Positions 37,920 to 48,926 are shown, counted from the stretch's first letter. The stretch is 64,000 bases of DNA from an uncultured Bdellovibrionales bacterium (GCA_964609855.1 CAZSTB010000002.1:15541-79540); one strand, 5' to 3'. The notes: a model not told the origin generated them from the letters alone. Made by a program: numbers and translations.

Positions 37920-39089
37920 TTATAATTTGACAGCAGTTTTTAACTCTTTCCCTTCACGGTCAATCAACAGTTCGATTTCATCACCCTTTTTAAATTGATT
38001 TATAACATTTGAAAGTGGGTTGTCTAAGTTTATATTTTGCCCGTTAACAGATATAATGATGTCATTTATCTTAAGACCTGCAATCTCAGCCGGAGAATCA
38101 GCAATGATGGCTAAATTTTGTTTTCCAGATGGTGACCATATTAGCGCACCCCTGTCGCGACTGATCTTATTGGCGATTGAATACTCTTTTGTAATGGAAA
38201 CATAATATGCACCAAGCATCGGGCGACTCTCAAAACCTCCACGCAAAACTCTGTCTAATGATTTCTCAATAGCAGCTGCTGGAATCTGAAAATATTTTTC
38301 CTTACCATCAATAGTCAGCATTCCAATTATACCGATAAGTTCCCCACTATACCCAATCACAGGACCTCCGATATATTCCTTTTGCTTTTGGAAATCATCT
38401 TCGAAAACACCCTCTAGTTTCTCAGAAGAAGCTACTGTTTTCCCGGCGAGATTAAAAGTCTTGTCAAGATTACTTAGCAGTCCTGATTCATAGCGGTTTT
38501 GGTATTCTCCAAATGAATTTCCAATTGCCACGATTTTTTTTCCCGGTCTCACGCTTGCGGAATCGGCCAGTGAGATAGCTGTCAAATTAGGTGCATCCAT
38601 CTTAAGATAGGCCAAATTAGAAAATTCATCGATTGCCACCAATTTAGCTTCGTAATAGTTTCCATTGAAAAGAAAAACGCTGTAGTTTGCATCTTCCTCT
38701 ATAATCGAATTACGATAAGTCACAATCATTCCATCGCTGGTAATTATAACGCCGGTACCACTTTGATTTACGGCTTTCAAATTTTTTGCTTGCATATCTT
38801 TTTGCGAGCTGACAGAAACGATATTCACCACAGCATTGGATGGTTGAGATGCAATTTCATTCACCGAGTCATCTTCCTTAATAATCACCTGCTCAGTTTT
38901 ATTGATAACCGTTACATTTTCAGCGGTTCTCTCAAGGAAGCTTATTTTGGATAAAACCTTATTGGTTCTTATGAGGGGCAAAATTTGTTGATCAAAATAG
39001 ACGCCTCCAATACCGCCAACAATAAAGATCAGAAACAGTGCAGCAATAATTTTCAGGGCCTTTTTCATTTTCATCATTTTTTCACTCAT
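37920..39089 (-). CDS. HtrA-like trypsin-fold plus PDZ protein lacking catalytic residues
   Basis: GTGVIITSDG, AIGNSFG, PDZ (SPAEIAGLKINDII); TYRN replaces TNxH and EYIGGP replaces GNSGGP. Confidence 0.85.
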   Translation of the reverse strand: MSEKMMKMKKALKIIAALFLIFIVGGIGGVYFDQQILPLIRTNKVLSKISFLERTAENVTVINKTEQVIIKEDDSVNEIASQPSNAVVNIVSVSSQKDMQAKNLKAVNQSGTGVIITSDGMIVTYRNSIIEEDANYSVFLFNGNYYEAKLVAIDEFSNLAYLKMDAPNLTAISLADSASVRPGKKIVAIGNSFGEYQNRYESGLLSNLDKTFNLAGKTVASSEKLEGVFEDDFQKQKEYIGGPVIGYSGELIGIIGMLTIDGKEKYFQIPAAAIEKSLDRVLRGGFESRPMLGAYYVSITKEYSIANKISRDRGALIWSPSGKQNLAIIADSPAEIAGLKINDIIISVNGQNINLDNPLSNVINQFKKGDEIELLIDREGKELKTAVKL

Positions 39090-39121
39090 TTAATTCGTAT
39101 TATAAAAAAAATTATTTACAT

Positions 39122-39976
39122 CTATACTACCGGGAGCCATCTGGCACTTGAAAGCACTACCCCAACCAATATTCCCAGAAAAAGCATGTTCCCAACAACG
39201 CGTTTTTTCGATAGTTCATCCAGGAAATGACTAGCTGCAAGATCCCAGAATACATAATAGAAAATAAGGGTAATCACGCCTGTTGTCAAGTAACCAAAAG
39301 GCCAAAAATTCAAAATCCAAACAATTTCTGCCATCACAAAACCCAGCACCAAGCTGTAATTTAAAACTAACTTCTTATCATCATTTATGAGTAAAAAATA
39401 TTGAAAACTAATTAAAACTGTAATCAGCATCAGCAAAAGCATCAAAATCCAAAGCGAAATACTAAAATTCAAATAGATTCCAAAAGCTACAGAATAAAAA
39501 AGAAAAATTGTGGCGACGCTTGCAGCGGCAATGATTCCTCTGGCTGTTTTGTCCTTTTTGCAGTTTCGAAGTCGATAAATTGCGATATGCATAAAATAAT
39601 ATGCGATCGCTCCCAGAGAAATCAAAAAATGTTCCTGTTTTTCAGATTGTACAAAGTAAAGAATCCCAAACATTGAAGCGACAAATGCAACAGGAATCAC
39701 CGTCATGTTCACGGAGCGACTTAACTTGTAAGCAACTTGAAAAAAATAATAGCCGCCAGAAAAAAGAAACAGTGTTAGCAATGACATTCTGCCGAACGAA
39801 GCTGACATGGAAATTATCTGCTCGCCGATGGAATCATAAGAAATAAATTCGAAAACAATAAGAAAAATCAAACTATAGAGAAATACGGAAACATGAAAAA
39901 ACATGAATATTAATCGTAAATAAATTAGGAAAAAACTCCTTACACGCATTTTCTCATTTTGCGGTAACTCTGTCAA
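39122..39976 (-). CDS. Polytopic hypothetical membrane protein (start uncertain)
   Basis: 8-9 hydrophobic segments; EIVWILNFWPFG motif. Confidence 0.75.
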   Translation of the reverse strand: MTELPQNEKMRVRSFFLIYLRLIFMFFHVSVFLYSLIFLIVFEFISYDSIGEQIISMSASFGRMSLLTLFLFSGGYYFFQVAYKLSRSVNMTVIPVAFVASMFGILYFVQSEKQEHFLISLGAIAYYFMHIAIYRLRNCKKDKTARGIIAAASVATIFLFYSVAFGIYLNFSISLWILMLLLMLITVLISFQYFLLINDDKKLVLNYSLVLGFVMAEIVWILNFWPFGYLTTGVITLIFYYVFWDLAASHFLDELSKKRVVGNMLFLGILVGVVLSSARWLPVV

Positions 39977-40036
39977 AGCAGTGAAAACTGAGATACGATC
40001 AATTTATAATCAGGATTTAAGCTGTCTTGTAAATTT

Positions 40037-40068
40037 AAAAAAGACTTGGATAAAAATCCAAGTCTTTT
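40037..40068 (-). terminator. Terminator after clpB
   Basis: AAAAGACTTGGAT AAAA ATCCAAGTCTTTT. Confidence 0.82.
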
Positions 40069-40073
40069 AAACG

Positions 40074-42689
40074 CTATTTAGTCAAGACGATTTTCTCATT
40101 TTCCAGATTCACTTTAACGCTGTCACCTTCAATAATTTTTTTCTCAATTATTTCAAGTGCCAACTCATCCAGAATTTCATTCTGAATGATTCTTTTCAGC
40201 GGCCTAGCACCATATGTTGGATCGTATCCCTTGGTCGTAAGATATGTTTTCGCTTCATTGGATACTTTTAACTTTATATTTTTTTCATCCAACCTCTTTT
40301 GCACCAATTTAAGCTGCAATTCAACTATCTGTTGCAGGATTTTCTTATCTAAAGGATGAAATATAATCAAGTCATCGATACGATTTAGGAATTCTGGCTT
40401 GAATTGCTCTCTCAGACTTGCCTGCACCTTGGCCCGCATCTCAGCTTCACTTGGAAGGTCTTCTCTGCGCTCACTTTGAAAACCGAATGATTGCATTTTG
40501 TAAATAATCTCACTACCAACGTTAGAAGTCATGACGATTACGGTATTTTTGAAATTTACCGTGCGTCCTTTGGAATCTGTCAATCTTCCGTCATCCAAAA
40601 TTTGCAGAAGAATATTGAAAACTTGCGGATGAGCTTTTTCAATTTCATCAAACAAAACCACGCTGTATGGCCTTCGCCTGACAATTTCCGTAAGTTGGCC
40701 ACCTTCTTCATAACCGACGTACCCAGGAGGAGAACCGACAATCTTGGCAGTAGAATGCGCTTCCATATATTCGCTCATATCTAATCTCACCAAAGACTTT
40801 GGGTCATTAAATAAAAATTCCGCCAAAGTTCGTGCCAATTCAGTTTTTCCGACCCCGGTTGGTCCTAGGAAAATAAACGAACCGATAGGTCTATTTTCTT
40901 CAGAAATCCCGGCACGCGAGCGTCTGACAGCATTAGAAACTGCTCTGATTGCCTCCTCCTGTCCGATAACTCTTTTCCCAAGTTCTTTCTCCATGTATGC
41001 AAGCTTTTCCAGTTCACCCTCAAGCATTTTGGAAACAGGAATTCCAGTCCAACGAGAAACTACTCGCGCGATATCTTCTTCTGTAACTTCCTCTTTCAAG
41101 ATAGAATTTTCTTTTTGGATTTTACTCAATTTCTTCTCATCTTCCTTAATTTTTTTCTCCAACAATGGAATTTTTCCATAACGAATCTCTGCGACCTTAT
41201 CCAATTCACCTTTGCGCTCAGCGACCTCAGCAAGCGAACGCAATTGATCGATTTCTTTTTTATGCACGCGACTTGAAGTGATCAAATCCTTTTCAGTTCG
41301 CCATTGCAAAGTTAAGCTGTTGGATTTTTCTTTCAGCTCAGCTAACTGCTTATTGATTTGCAATATTTTTCTCCTGGACTCTTTCGCCTTATCTCGTTGA
41401 ATCGCTTTTTTCTCGATTTCCAGCTGCCTGATTTTACGCTCCATTTGATCGATTTCAATCGGCATGGAATCGATCTGCATTCGCAGTGCTGAAGCCGCTT
41501 CATCAATTAAATCTACTGCCTTATCTGGCAAGAATCTATCACTGATATAACGTGATGATAATTTTACGGCTGCTTGCAAAGACGTATCAGTAATCTTTAC
41601 TCCATGATGCAACTCATATTTTTCCTTGATTCCACGTAGAATCGCTAACGAATCATCAACGGAGGGTTCACTAACCAGTACTGGTTGAAATCTTCTTTCA
41701 AGAGCGGCGTCTTTTTCAATATATTTCTGATACTCCTTAGTTGTTGTAGCGCCGATAGTTTTCAATTTTCCACGTGCAAGTGCGGGTTTGAGCATATTTG
41801 ACGCATCTAATGAGCCCTCTGTCGCCCCAGCGCCAACTAGCGTATGCAGCTCATCAATGAATACAATATATTTTCCTGCGGCATGTTCAGTCTCCTTAAG
41901 GATCGCTTTCAGTCGGTCCTCAAATTCACCGCGAAATTTAGCTCCCGCTAAAAGCGCAGCCAAATCCAGCGAAATCAGTTCTTTATCTTTCAAAGTTTCA
42001 GGAACATCACCAGAGGCAATTCGCTGAGCTAATCCCTCAACAATCGCAGTTTTCCCCGTTCCAGCTTCTCCAATAAGCACCGGGTTATTTTTTGTCCTTC
42101 GCGACAACACTTGCATGACGCGACGGATTTCTTCATCTCTTCCAATTACTGGATCCAATTTATCCTGCCTCGCTAAATTTGTAAGATTTATCGTATAGCG
42201 GTCGATCACTTGGAATTTTCCTTCCGGCTCTGGTGAATCAACCCTTTGTGATCCTCTGAGCTGTGAAAGAATCTGCAAAACTACTTCATATGTGACACCA
42301 CTTGCTTCCAACATCTTTTTAGCTGCTGAATTCGATGAAAGTGCCGCCAATAAAAGATGCTCCGTGGACACGAATTCATCATTGATACCATTCATCTCTT
42401 TTTCAGCTTTTTCCAATATTTCAACTAAAGACGGTGTAACTATAATTTGACCTATCACAGGAGCAATTCCCTTGGGATATTTTTGAATTTCTGCCAATGT
42501 GTCCTTTTTTAATTTATCAATATCCAGACCAATCTTAGCCAGTATTGTAGGCACAATGGAACCTTCTTGAGAAACCAATGAATTTAATAAATGGAAAACA
42601 TCAACTTGTTGCTGTCCGAGGGAAAGAGCCAGTTCCTGAGACTTCCGCAGAGCCTCTTGCGACTTTGTTGTAAATTTATTAATATCCAT
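40074..42689 (-). CDS. clpB: Chaperone ClpB
   Basis: Two AAA+ modules ([16 protein letters not shown]), [13 protein letters not shown], long middle coiled coil. Confidence 0.96.
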   Translation of the reverse strand: MDINKFTTKSQEALRKSQELALSLGQQQVDVFHLLNSLVSQEGSIVPTILAKIGLDIDKLKKDTLAEIQKYPKGIAPVIGQIIVTPSLVEILEKAEKEMNGINDEFVSTEHLLLAALSSNSAAKKMLEASGVTYEVVLQILSQLRGSQRVDSPEPEGKFQVIDRYTINLTNLARQDKLDPVIGRDEEIRRVMQVLSRRTKNNPVLIGEAGTGKTAIVEGLAQRIASGDVPETLKDKELISLDLAALLAGAKFRGEFEDRLKAILKETEHAAGKYIVFIDELHTLVGAGATEGSLDASNMLKPALARGKLKTIGATTTKEYQKYIEKDAALERRFQPVLVSEPSVDDSLAILRGIKEKYELHHGVKITDTSLQAAVKLSSRYISDRFLPDKAVDLIDEAASALRMQIDSMPIEIDQMERKIRQLEIEKKAIQRDKAKESRRKILQINKQLAELKEKSNSLTLQWRTEKDLITSSRVHKKEIDQLRSLAEVAERKGELDKVAEIRYGKIPLLEKKIKEDEKKLSKIQKENSILKEEVTEEDIARVVSRWTGIPVSKMLEGELEKLAYMEKELGKRVIGQEEAIRAVSNAVRRSRAGISEENRPIGSFIFLGPTGVGKTELARTLAEFLFNDPKSLVRLDMSEYMEAHSTAKIVGSPPGYVGYEEGGQLTEIVRRRPYSVVLFDEIEKAHPQVFNILLQILDDGRLTDSKGRTVNFKNTVIVMTSNVGSEIIYKMQSFGFQSERREDLPSEAEMRAKVQASLREQFKPEFLNRIDDLIIFHPLDKKILQQIVELQLKLVQKRLDEKNIKLKVSNEAKTYLTTKGYDPTYGARPLKRIIQNEILDELALEIIEKKIIEGDSVKVNLENEKIVLTK

Positions 42690-42761
42690 AATTGAAATTA
42701 TTCCAAAATACAACATTCAACGCACTATTGGACGAGGTTTGCACGTTGCATTTTGATTAGC

Positions 42762-44054
42762 TTATTGTTTTAACTCTTGTAATTTAACTTTCACATCTTT
42801 TGTTTGTCCTTTGTGCCAGATTTTTAAAGCAATTTCATCGCCGACTTCATATTTTACTATCATATCACCTAACTGATTATCTTTTGTAATCTTTTCTCCA
42901 TTAATTTCTAAAATAATGTCATTTTCGTTAATGCCGGCAATATCTGCAGGTGAGCCTGGAATTACTGCGAAATCAGTCAATTTATTTCCTCGCATAACCA
43001 AAACACCGTAATCGAAGGGCAATTGAGCTTCTCTTTGAACAATTGAATCAACCGCAATATATCTTACTCCAAGGTAAGGAACTGTCACCCTGACTCCTTT
43101 CTCAACCTGGTCAATTATGCGCTTAACTTGATTTACTGGCAATGCGAAACCCACATTTTGAGCTCCTTGCGCAGTAGCAACGTTTATCCCTATTACATTA
43201 CCTTCAATGTCTAAAAGTGGTCCGCCTGAATTTCCTGGATTTATCGCAGCATCAGTTTGGATGATATCAGTCAATCTCTCAGTCTCCCCAACGCGCGAAC
43301 CTGCATTCACATTTCGCTTCAAGCCTGAAACAATCCCCCTGCTCACTGAATTTGAAAATTCTCCCAACGAATTACCGATTGCAATGGTAGTTTGGCCGAT
43401 TTTTAAAGAGTCGGAGTTTCCCAATGGTAAAACTGGAAAATCATTGCCCTCAACCTTAATCACCGCAACATCTCTTACGGGATCTTGAGTTAAAACTTTG
43501 GCAACATATTCCTTGCCATCATTCGTGATTACTTTGTATTCCGCCTGCTTATCGCTCACCACATGCTTATTGGTTAAAATTAGACCATCAGATGTGATGA
43601 AAAATCCGCTTCCTGCCCCAATCTGCTGCTTCTGCTCCCCGTTATCATCATTATTTTCATCTCCGTTTTCAAATCCAAAAAATGGATTAAAAAAGAAAGG
43701 GTTCATAGAACTGGCAACATCTTTTGAAACAATGATGCTGACTACAGCTATCGAAGATTTTTCAACAACATCAATAACAGCTGAATCTTCAATTATAACC
43801 TGCTGCCTACTGACAACCGGATTTAAAGATTCCGATTTAAACATAGGCAAATACTCCCCGATTTTTTGTTCAAATTTTGGAGAAAGTACACTCACAATGC
43901 CAGCGGAAAAAAATCCAAACAGCGCACCAAAAAAGGATGACGCTACAATTGCAACAACCATCAATGCCAAAAGAAATTTTATACTCAGAGCTTTCTCGTT
44001 TTTTTTAATTTCCTTTGGCTTTTCAAAGATTTCTTTTCCTGTTTCCATATTCAT
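42762..44054 (-). CDS. htrA: HtrA/DegP-family serine protease, single PDZ
   Basis: TNKHVV, DVAVIK, TDAAINPGNSGGPL, PDZ. Confidence 0.92.
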   Translation of the reverse strand: MNMETGKEIFEKPKEIKKNEKALSIKFLLALMVVAIVASSFFGALFGFFSAGIVSVLSPKFEQKIGEYLPMFKSESLNPVVSRQQVIIEDSAVIDVVEKSSIAVVSIIVSKDVASSMNPFFFNPFFGFENGDENNDDNGEQKQQIGAGSGFFITSDGLILTNKHVVSDKQAEYKVITNDGKEYVAKVLTQDPVRDVAVIKVEGNDFPVLPLGNSDSLKIGQTTIAIGNSLGEFSNSVSRGIVSGLKRNVNAGSRVGETERLTDIIQTDAAINPGNSGGPLLDIEGNVIGINVATAQGAQNVGFALPVNQVKRIIDQVEKGVRVTVPYLGVRYIAVDSIVQREAQLPFDYGVLVMRGNKLTDFAVIPGSPADIAGINENDIILEINGEKITKDNQLGDMIVKYEVGDEIALKIWHKGQTKDVKVKLQELKQ

Positions 44055-44197
44055 GGTTAGAAAATTTATATGAGCCAGGGCCAAATAAATTTTTTCATTA
44101 ATTTTTACTTAAATTTTAAAGTAATTATAATAAAAAATCGATTCGAATTTAAAAATAATAGCAGTCTTTTCCAATACCCTAGGGGAAGCCTTGAGGT

Positions 44198-44533
44198 ACC
44201 TGCCTGCTGGCAGACAGGTTAAACCTTTTGATGTCGTCGCTCCCTGTCTGCCATACCTACGGCAGATAAACCAATAGGGCTCGGAAATTGAAAAGAGCAC
44301 TTTTCTTTTCGCTCGATAATAAAGATTTTTACTCCCTAAAACCCACCCGTTGTAATGGCTGAGATTTGGGAGACCTATTGGTTATACAAGTAGAATTATA
44401 TTATTCTTCTGAACTATAATCAAAAATAAGCTTCTACGTTAAAACAATTTATTGTCGAACGAAGTCGAGCGAAACGAAAATTCATTTTCGTTTCGCTCCC
44501 TACCGGTAGGCAGGCTTGCCCCGGGGTTGATGC
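44198..44533. repeat. Cluster of short GC-rich palindromes (CCTGCCTGCnGGCAGRCAGG-type) and hairpins
   Basis: ACCTGCCTGCTGGCAGACAGGT (44198), CCTGTCTGCC..GGCAGA (44243), GAGCGAAACGAAAAT TC ATTTTCGTTTCGCTC (44467), CCTACCGGTAGGCAGG (44499). Confidence 0.7.
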
Positions 44534-44536
44534 CTT

Positions 44537-44725
44537 TTATTCTTCGATTGAAATCGCACTAACTGGACAGCTGTCTGCAGCCTCCTGACAGCAAGCAATT
44601 TCTCCGCATTCTTCAACAATTACATGTGATTTTCCGTCCGCTTCCATCTTGAAAGCTGAGGGACAAAGGGATTCGCATGTTCCACATCCGATACATAGAT
44701 CATGATTTACATTTGGTTTTGACAT
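44537..44725 (-). CDS. Ferredoxin (single 4Fe-4S type)
   Basis: CIGCGTCESLCP ... AADSCPVSAI. Confidence 0.92.
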   Translation of the reverse strand: MSKPNVNHDLCIGCGTCESLCPSAFKMEADGKSHVIVEECGEIACCQEAADSCPVSAISIEE

Positions 44726-44758
44726 ATTTTTTTATTATAAATAATTATTAATTAATTT

Positions 44759-45850
44759 TTAGAGCAATAATGATGCGTCTCCTTGAGCATTTTCGCGTTG
44801 TAGCTTCTCAAATGAGCGCATTTCCTCTTCAGTAAATTCAACCGTAGCCCCAAGCGAATTCCATTGAAATTCTTTCATAGGCAAAACAACATCTAAATCT
44901 TTCTTTTCGCGCTCCAGCCAATCAGCAAAGGTTTTCTTAGCGACGAATATTTGTCTAATTTTGACTGTTTCTTCCTCTTCAGTCTTTTTTCTCTCCTCTA
45001 CATCAACTATATGAAATCCGACAGAACTTTCGATGACGGAGTTCTTCTCCGAAACTTTCCCGGAAAATAAAGCTTCTTGTAGTTCAACTAAAACCTGATC
45101 TTTATTTACCCACCCCAACTCTCCATTTTTTTCCTTAGAGAACCCCTCCGAATGACTACGCACAACTTCGGAAAATTCTTTTCCAGCATTCAATGCAAGC
45201 TGAGCTTGCTTTATTTTATCTTCTGCCTGCTTATTTAAAAGTGCATTCTCAGAAAAAACAGATTCCGCCAAAGCCTCGCTGTACATACTTGGAAGAACTA
45301 TTTTAATTTTGAAATCTTCCATATCCCATCCATAAGATTTCATCAAATCTTCTTTCACCTGGTCGGCAGTTCCAAATTCATTTAACTTTTGTGCAACTTT
45401 CTTATCAACATCTACTTGCGAAATTTTAATTCCACGCTTCTTAGCTAAGATTTCAATCGCACGATCTTCAATCATCTTATCTAAAACTTCCCGTTGTTTT
45501 ATTTTCAGTCTTTTTTTACCAATTTCTGTTGTAAAATCTACACGTAATCCTTCTTGGGAAAAATTTTGCATTCGGTAAAATCTTTCCACTGAATTCATGT
45601 TGCTTTGGAGGTCTTTGAGATAAACTGGGTGTCTCCAGTCCACAATTGCAGCCGGAAAAGGAATTACGATGGATATTTTTGCAGCAATCTTTTGTCCGAT
45701 TTCAGTATCTGTACCATATGCCAAAACACTTCCTAAGCCTATCATGAAAAACACTAAGATTAGAAAGGCATAAACCATCGTTGAAACAGAAACCTTAATA
45801 GCCTTTTCTCCGTCTTTTATGGTGAGTATTTTCTTTTGTTTTTTTTTCAT
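44759..45850 (-). CDS. SurA/PrsA-like peptidyl-prolyl isomerase
   Basis: TM anchor, SurA-N-like helix region, parvulin-like GKEFSEVVRSHSE..NGELGW..SSVGFHIV. Confidence 0.8.
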   Translation of the reverse strand: MKKKQKKILTIKDGEKAIKVSVSTMVYAFLILVFFMIGLGSVLAYGTDTEIGQKIAAKISIVIPFPAAIVDWRHPVYLKDLQSNMNSVERFYRMQNFSQEGLRVDFTTEIGKKRLKIKQREVLDKMIEDRAIEILAKKRGIKISQVDVDKKVAQKLNEFGTADQVKEDLMKSYGWDMEDFKIKIVLPSMYSEALAESVFSENALLNKQAEDKIKQAQLALNAGKEFSEVVRSHSEGFSKEKNGELGWVNKDQVLVELQEALFSGKVSEKNSVIESSVGFHIVDVEERKKTEEEETVKIRQIFVAKKTFADWLEREKKDLDVVLPMKEFQWNSLGATVEFTEEEMRSFEKLQRENAQGDASLLL

Positions 45851-45866
45851 ATCCAGAATCAGTTTT

Positions 45867-46250
45867 TTAATATTTAAAGAAAAGATTCCACCATTTCAGG
45901 TAATTTGGTGTGACAATCTCATCTGGCAACTCTTTCAAATCATCGACTATCAACTGTTCTTGTTCAGTAACATTAGGCTTTATAACAACAACTTTTTCAT
46001 CAGGTTTTTGAAGATTTAACTTCTCCTTGGCAACTTTCTCTTGAAATTCGGACGTTTGCAGATAAGCAATTTTTTGTGAAAGTGCAGTATTCTCGCCTTG
46101 AATTCGCTGAGCATTAAGCTTCAATTCTTCAACTTCTTTTTCAATTTTTCGGGAACGATAAGCCTCTTGAAAAGCATTTGTGGATATGGTAGCAGCCAAA
46201 ATTATACCAGCAATAAAGAAAACCGCGATAAAAGAAAATTTTGTTTTCAT
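45867..46250 (-). CDS. Septum formation initiator (FtsB/DivIC-like)
   Basis: TM plus coiled coil plus EKVAKEKLNLQKPDEKVV. Confidence 0.82.
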   Translation of the reverse strand: MKTKFSFIAVFFIAGIILAATISTNAFQEAYRSRKIEKEVEELKLNAQRIQGENTALSQKIAYLQTSEFQEKVAKEKLNLQKPDEKVVVIKPNVTEQEQLIVDDLKELPDEIVTPNYLKWWNLFFKY

Positions 46251-46265
46251 TTGTGTTGTTTTAAA

Positions 46266-46379
46266 CTAATTGCCGATAAAAAGCGATGAGACTGATAATC
46301 CAATCATTGAAACAATACCCAGGATTGAGATTACTACCCACATTATTTTAGCTCTTCGTTTTCTTTTTTTATGACTCAT
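46266..46379 (-). CDS. 37-aa single-TM microprotein (not in ORF track)
   Basis: MSHKKRKRRAKIMWVVISILGIVSMIGLSVSSLFIGN*; sits just upstream of the ftsB-like gene. Confidence 0.6.
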   Translation of the reverse strand: MSHKKRKRRAKIMWVVISILGIVSMIGLSVSSLFIGN

Positions 46380-46460
46380 TTTTTAAATTCTATATGATTT
46401 AATTCCCATTTAACAATAATAGCATTTTATCAAAAATTGGAAAAATTCACAACTCTGAAA

Positions 46461-48251
46461 CTATCTCTTAAGTACTGCCAGATAAGCTTCGGAAGGAACT
46501 TGGACTTTCCCGATGTTCTGCATTTTTTTCTTACCTTTCTTCTGCTTATCCAACAGTTTATTTTTTCTGGTCACATCCCCACCATAAAGTTTCGCGATTA
46601 CATCTTTGCGGAATGGTCGGATTGTTTCGCGTGCAATAATCTTAGCTCCAATAGAAGCCTGCACTGGAATCACGAAGTTTTGGCGAGGAATTGCGCCTGC
46701 CAATTTTTCAACGATTCTCTTTCCCTCTCTGTGTGCCCAATCCCTGGGAACGATTCGTGATAATGCTTCCACGGCTTCGCCAGCTAAAAGTATATCCAAC
46801 TTAATCAAATCAGATTTACGATAGCCTATAACATCGTAGCTCATAGATGCATATCCGGATGATACGCTTTTAAGATCATCATGAAAATTTACAATGATGT
46901 CCATCAAAGGAACTTCGAAACTTAAGAGAATACGTTCAAGATCTATATATTCAGTATTCAGATATGCGCTGCGTAGTGTGCCCATTAATTCCATAATCGA
47001 TCCCAGATACGTGGCTGGCGTGATAATATCCAGTTTTACATATGGCTCAAAAATCTCATTGAGCTGTGAAGGATCTGGCATCTGCGTAGCGCTATAAATC
47101 TTTTTCAGTTCATCGTTTCCTTTCAGAGTAATTTCATAGACTACGCTTGGCGTTGTAATTGTTGGAGAAAAATCAAATTCCCGCTCAAGTCTCTCCCTGA
47201 TAATTTCCAAATGCAGCAATCCTAAAAATCCACAACGGAATCCTTTTCCAAGTGCCAGATTACTTTCAGGTTCAAAAACAAATGACGCGTCGTTCAACTT
47301 CAATTTCTCCAACGCATCGCGCATGGCATTGTAGGCATCGCCTTCAATTGGATAAAGTCCCGCATATACCATCGGACGAACTTCCTTATATCCTGGTAGA
47401 CTCTGCACCAAGGCTCTGTCACCCTCAACAGTAATTGTATCTCCCACGCGACAAAATTCCACGCTCTTAAGTCCGGTTGCAATATATCCAATATCGCCGG
47501 CAGTCAGCATTTCTGTTGGTGAAAATTCAGGCTTAAAATATCCGACTTCAATCACTCCTGATTCTTTTTGCGTTGCCATCATTCGAATTTCATCGTCACG
47601 CTTTACATGGCCGTCAACTATTCTCACGTAAGCAAGCACTCCTTTGTAGGTATCATATTTAGAATCGAAAATTAACGCGCGCAGGGGTTTTTCAGAATCT
47701 CCAATTGGCGCTGGAATTTTTTCCACAATTGTTTTTAAAATTTCCTCCACACCGATTCCGGTTTTACCAGAGGCTTCCAAAATCTCTTCTTCTTTGCAGC
47801 CTAAAATATGCATGATTTCTTTTTTGGTTTTTTCCACGTTAGCATTTGGAAGATCAACCTTATTCACAACGGGGATTATCTCCAAATCCTGTTCGATTGC
47901 CAAGTAAAGATTTGAGAGTGTCTGAGCCTGCACGCCTTTGGTGGCGTCCACTAGGAGCACAGCACCCTCAACTGCAGCTAACGACCTGGAAACTTCATAA
48001 CCGAAATCAACATGTCCTGGCGTATCTATAAGATTCAAAACATATTCCTGCCCATCATAACTGTAGTTCATCCTCGCTGGCTGCAATTTAATCGTAATTC
48101 CACGTTCACGCTCAAGATCCATCTGATCCAATAATTGTTCCTTCATCCTTCTCTTATCAACTGTGTTTGTCACCTCTAAAAGACGATCAGCTAAGGTGGA
48201 TTTTCCGTGATCAATATGCGCAATTATGCAAAAATTTCTAACGTTTTTCAT
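46461..48251 (-). CDS. lepA: Elongation factor 4
   Basis: RNFCIIAHIDHGKSTLADR, DTPGHVDF, GFRCGFLGLLH, YGGDVTRK. Confidence 0.98.
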   Translation of the reverse strand: MKNVRNFCIIAHIDHGKSTLADRLLEVTNTVDKRRMKEQLLDQMDLERERGITIKLQPARMNYSYDGQEYVLNLIDTPGHVDFGYEVSRSLAAVEGAVLLVDATKGVQAQTLSNLYLAIEQDLEIIPVVNKVDLPNANVEKTKKEIMHILGCKEEEILEASGKTGIGVEEILKTIVEKIPAPIGDSEKPLRALIFDSKYDTYKGVLAYVRIVDGHVKRDDEIRMMATQKESGVIEVGYFKPEFSPTEMLTAGDIGYIATGLKSVEFCRVGDTITVEGDRALVQSLPGYKEVRPMVYAGLYPIEGDAYNAMRDALEKLKLNDASFVFEPESNLALGKGFRCGFLGLLHLEIIRERLEREFDFSPTITTPSVVYEITLKGNDELKKIYSATQMPDPSQLNEIFEPYVKLDIITPATYLGSIMELMGTLRSAYLNTEYIDLERILLSFEVPLMDIIVNFHDDLKSVSSGYASMSYDVIGYRKSDLIKLDILLAGEAVEALSRIVPRDWAHREGKRIVEKLAGAIPRQNFVIPVQASIGAKIIARETIRPFRKDVIAKLYGGDVTRKNKLLDKQKKGKKKMQNIGKVQVPSEAYLAVLKR

Positions 48252-48331
48252 ATTTTATAGTTACCACTTTCTTGTTAGGTATTTCAAAGCTTACAATATC
48301 TATCATAGCCTTAGATTGAGAATTAATCAAG

Positions 48332-48367
48332 AAAAAAGGGACTTCAGCGTTTACGCCAAAGTCCCCA
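48332..48367 (-). terminator. Intrinsic terminator
   Basis: A-run then GGGACTT..GCG TTTA CGC..AAGTCCC. Confidence 0.72.
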
Positions 48368-48380
48368 GCATTTTTCAACC

Positions 48381-48833
48381 CTACTCATACAATTGTAAAG
48401 CTCTTCTTTCATTGTCAGTACTTTCATTAAAGGACGCTTCACAAGTGACCCGCCGATGCGAGATGTTCATATCGAGAATATGACCACTGTTGATGAGTCT
48501 GAATTTCACTATTGACCCACCGGGGTCTTCGCCGATCCACCCATAATTAGTGAGGAGTATCACTTTCCCCCTACTGAGTTTGTTAGCTCTCGAGCTTATT
48601 TTTTCCAGCCACTCCTCCGAAATAGTATGCCCGTCAGCTATTTCCTCAAATCTTTTTCGCACAATCAATCTGGGAAATTTCTCCAGATTCGCGCAAGTAA
48701 AGTTTGCGATATCTATCGCCAGAGATTCGTCGATTTCCTCAAACTGATCCCTGTAGACCCAGTTTGAGTCATTGAAAGCAAAAACTTCCTGGGAAAACAT
48801 GAGCAGCATGAAGAAAAAAAGCACTCTCGCCAT
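48381..48833 (-). CDS. Secreted hypothetical protein (orphan unit)
   Basis: Signal peptide (..QEVFA), GGAGG SD, perfect promoter, terminator. Confidence 0.75.
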   Translation of the reverse strand: MARVLFFFMLLMFSQEVFAFNDSNWVYRDQFEEIDESLAIDIANFTCANLEKFPRLIVRKRFEEIADGHTISEEWLEKISSRANKLSRGKVILLTNYGWIGEDPGGSIVKFRLINSGHILDMNISHRRVTCEASFNESTDNERRALQLYE

Positions 48834-48868
48834 TGCATCCTCCGTTTAATTCAATTGCGTCCGAAGAC

Positions 48869-48926
48869 GTTTTTAGGAACATTGACACTAATTATCCATT
48901 ATACTACTAAATTCAATCCTTGTCAA
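48869..48926 (-). promoter_or_regulatory. Perfect sigma70 promoter and boxA-like motif
   Basis: TTGACA-17-TATAAT then TGTTCCTAAAAAC. Confidence 0.8.

Noticed and set aside
44100-44460. Possible tmRNA, RNase P, SRP or tRNA in the long intergenic gap
   Set aside because: No diagnostic motifs found by eye (GAGGAAAGTCC, T-arm GTTCGA with CCA end, SRP loop); the content is explained by short palindromes.
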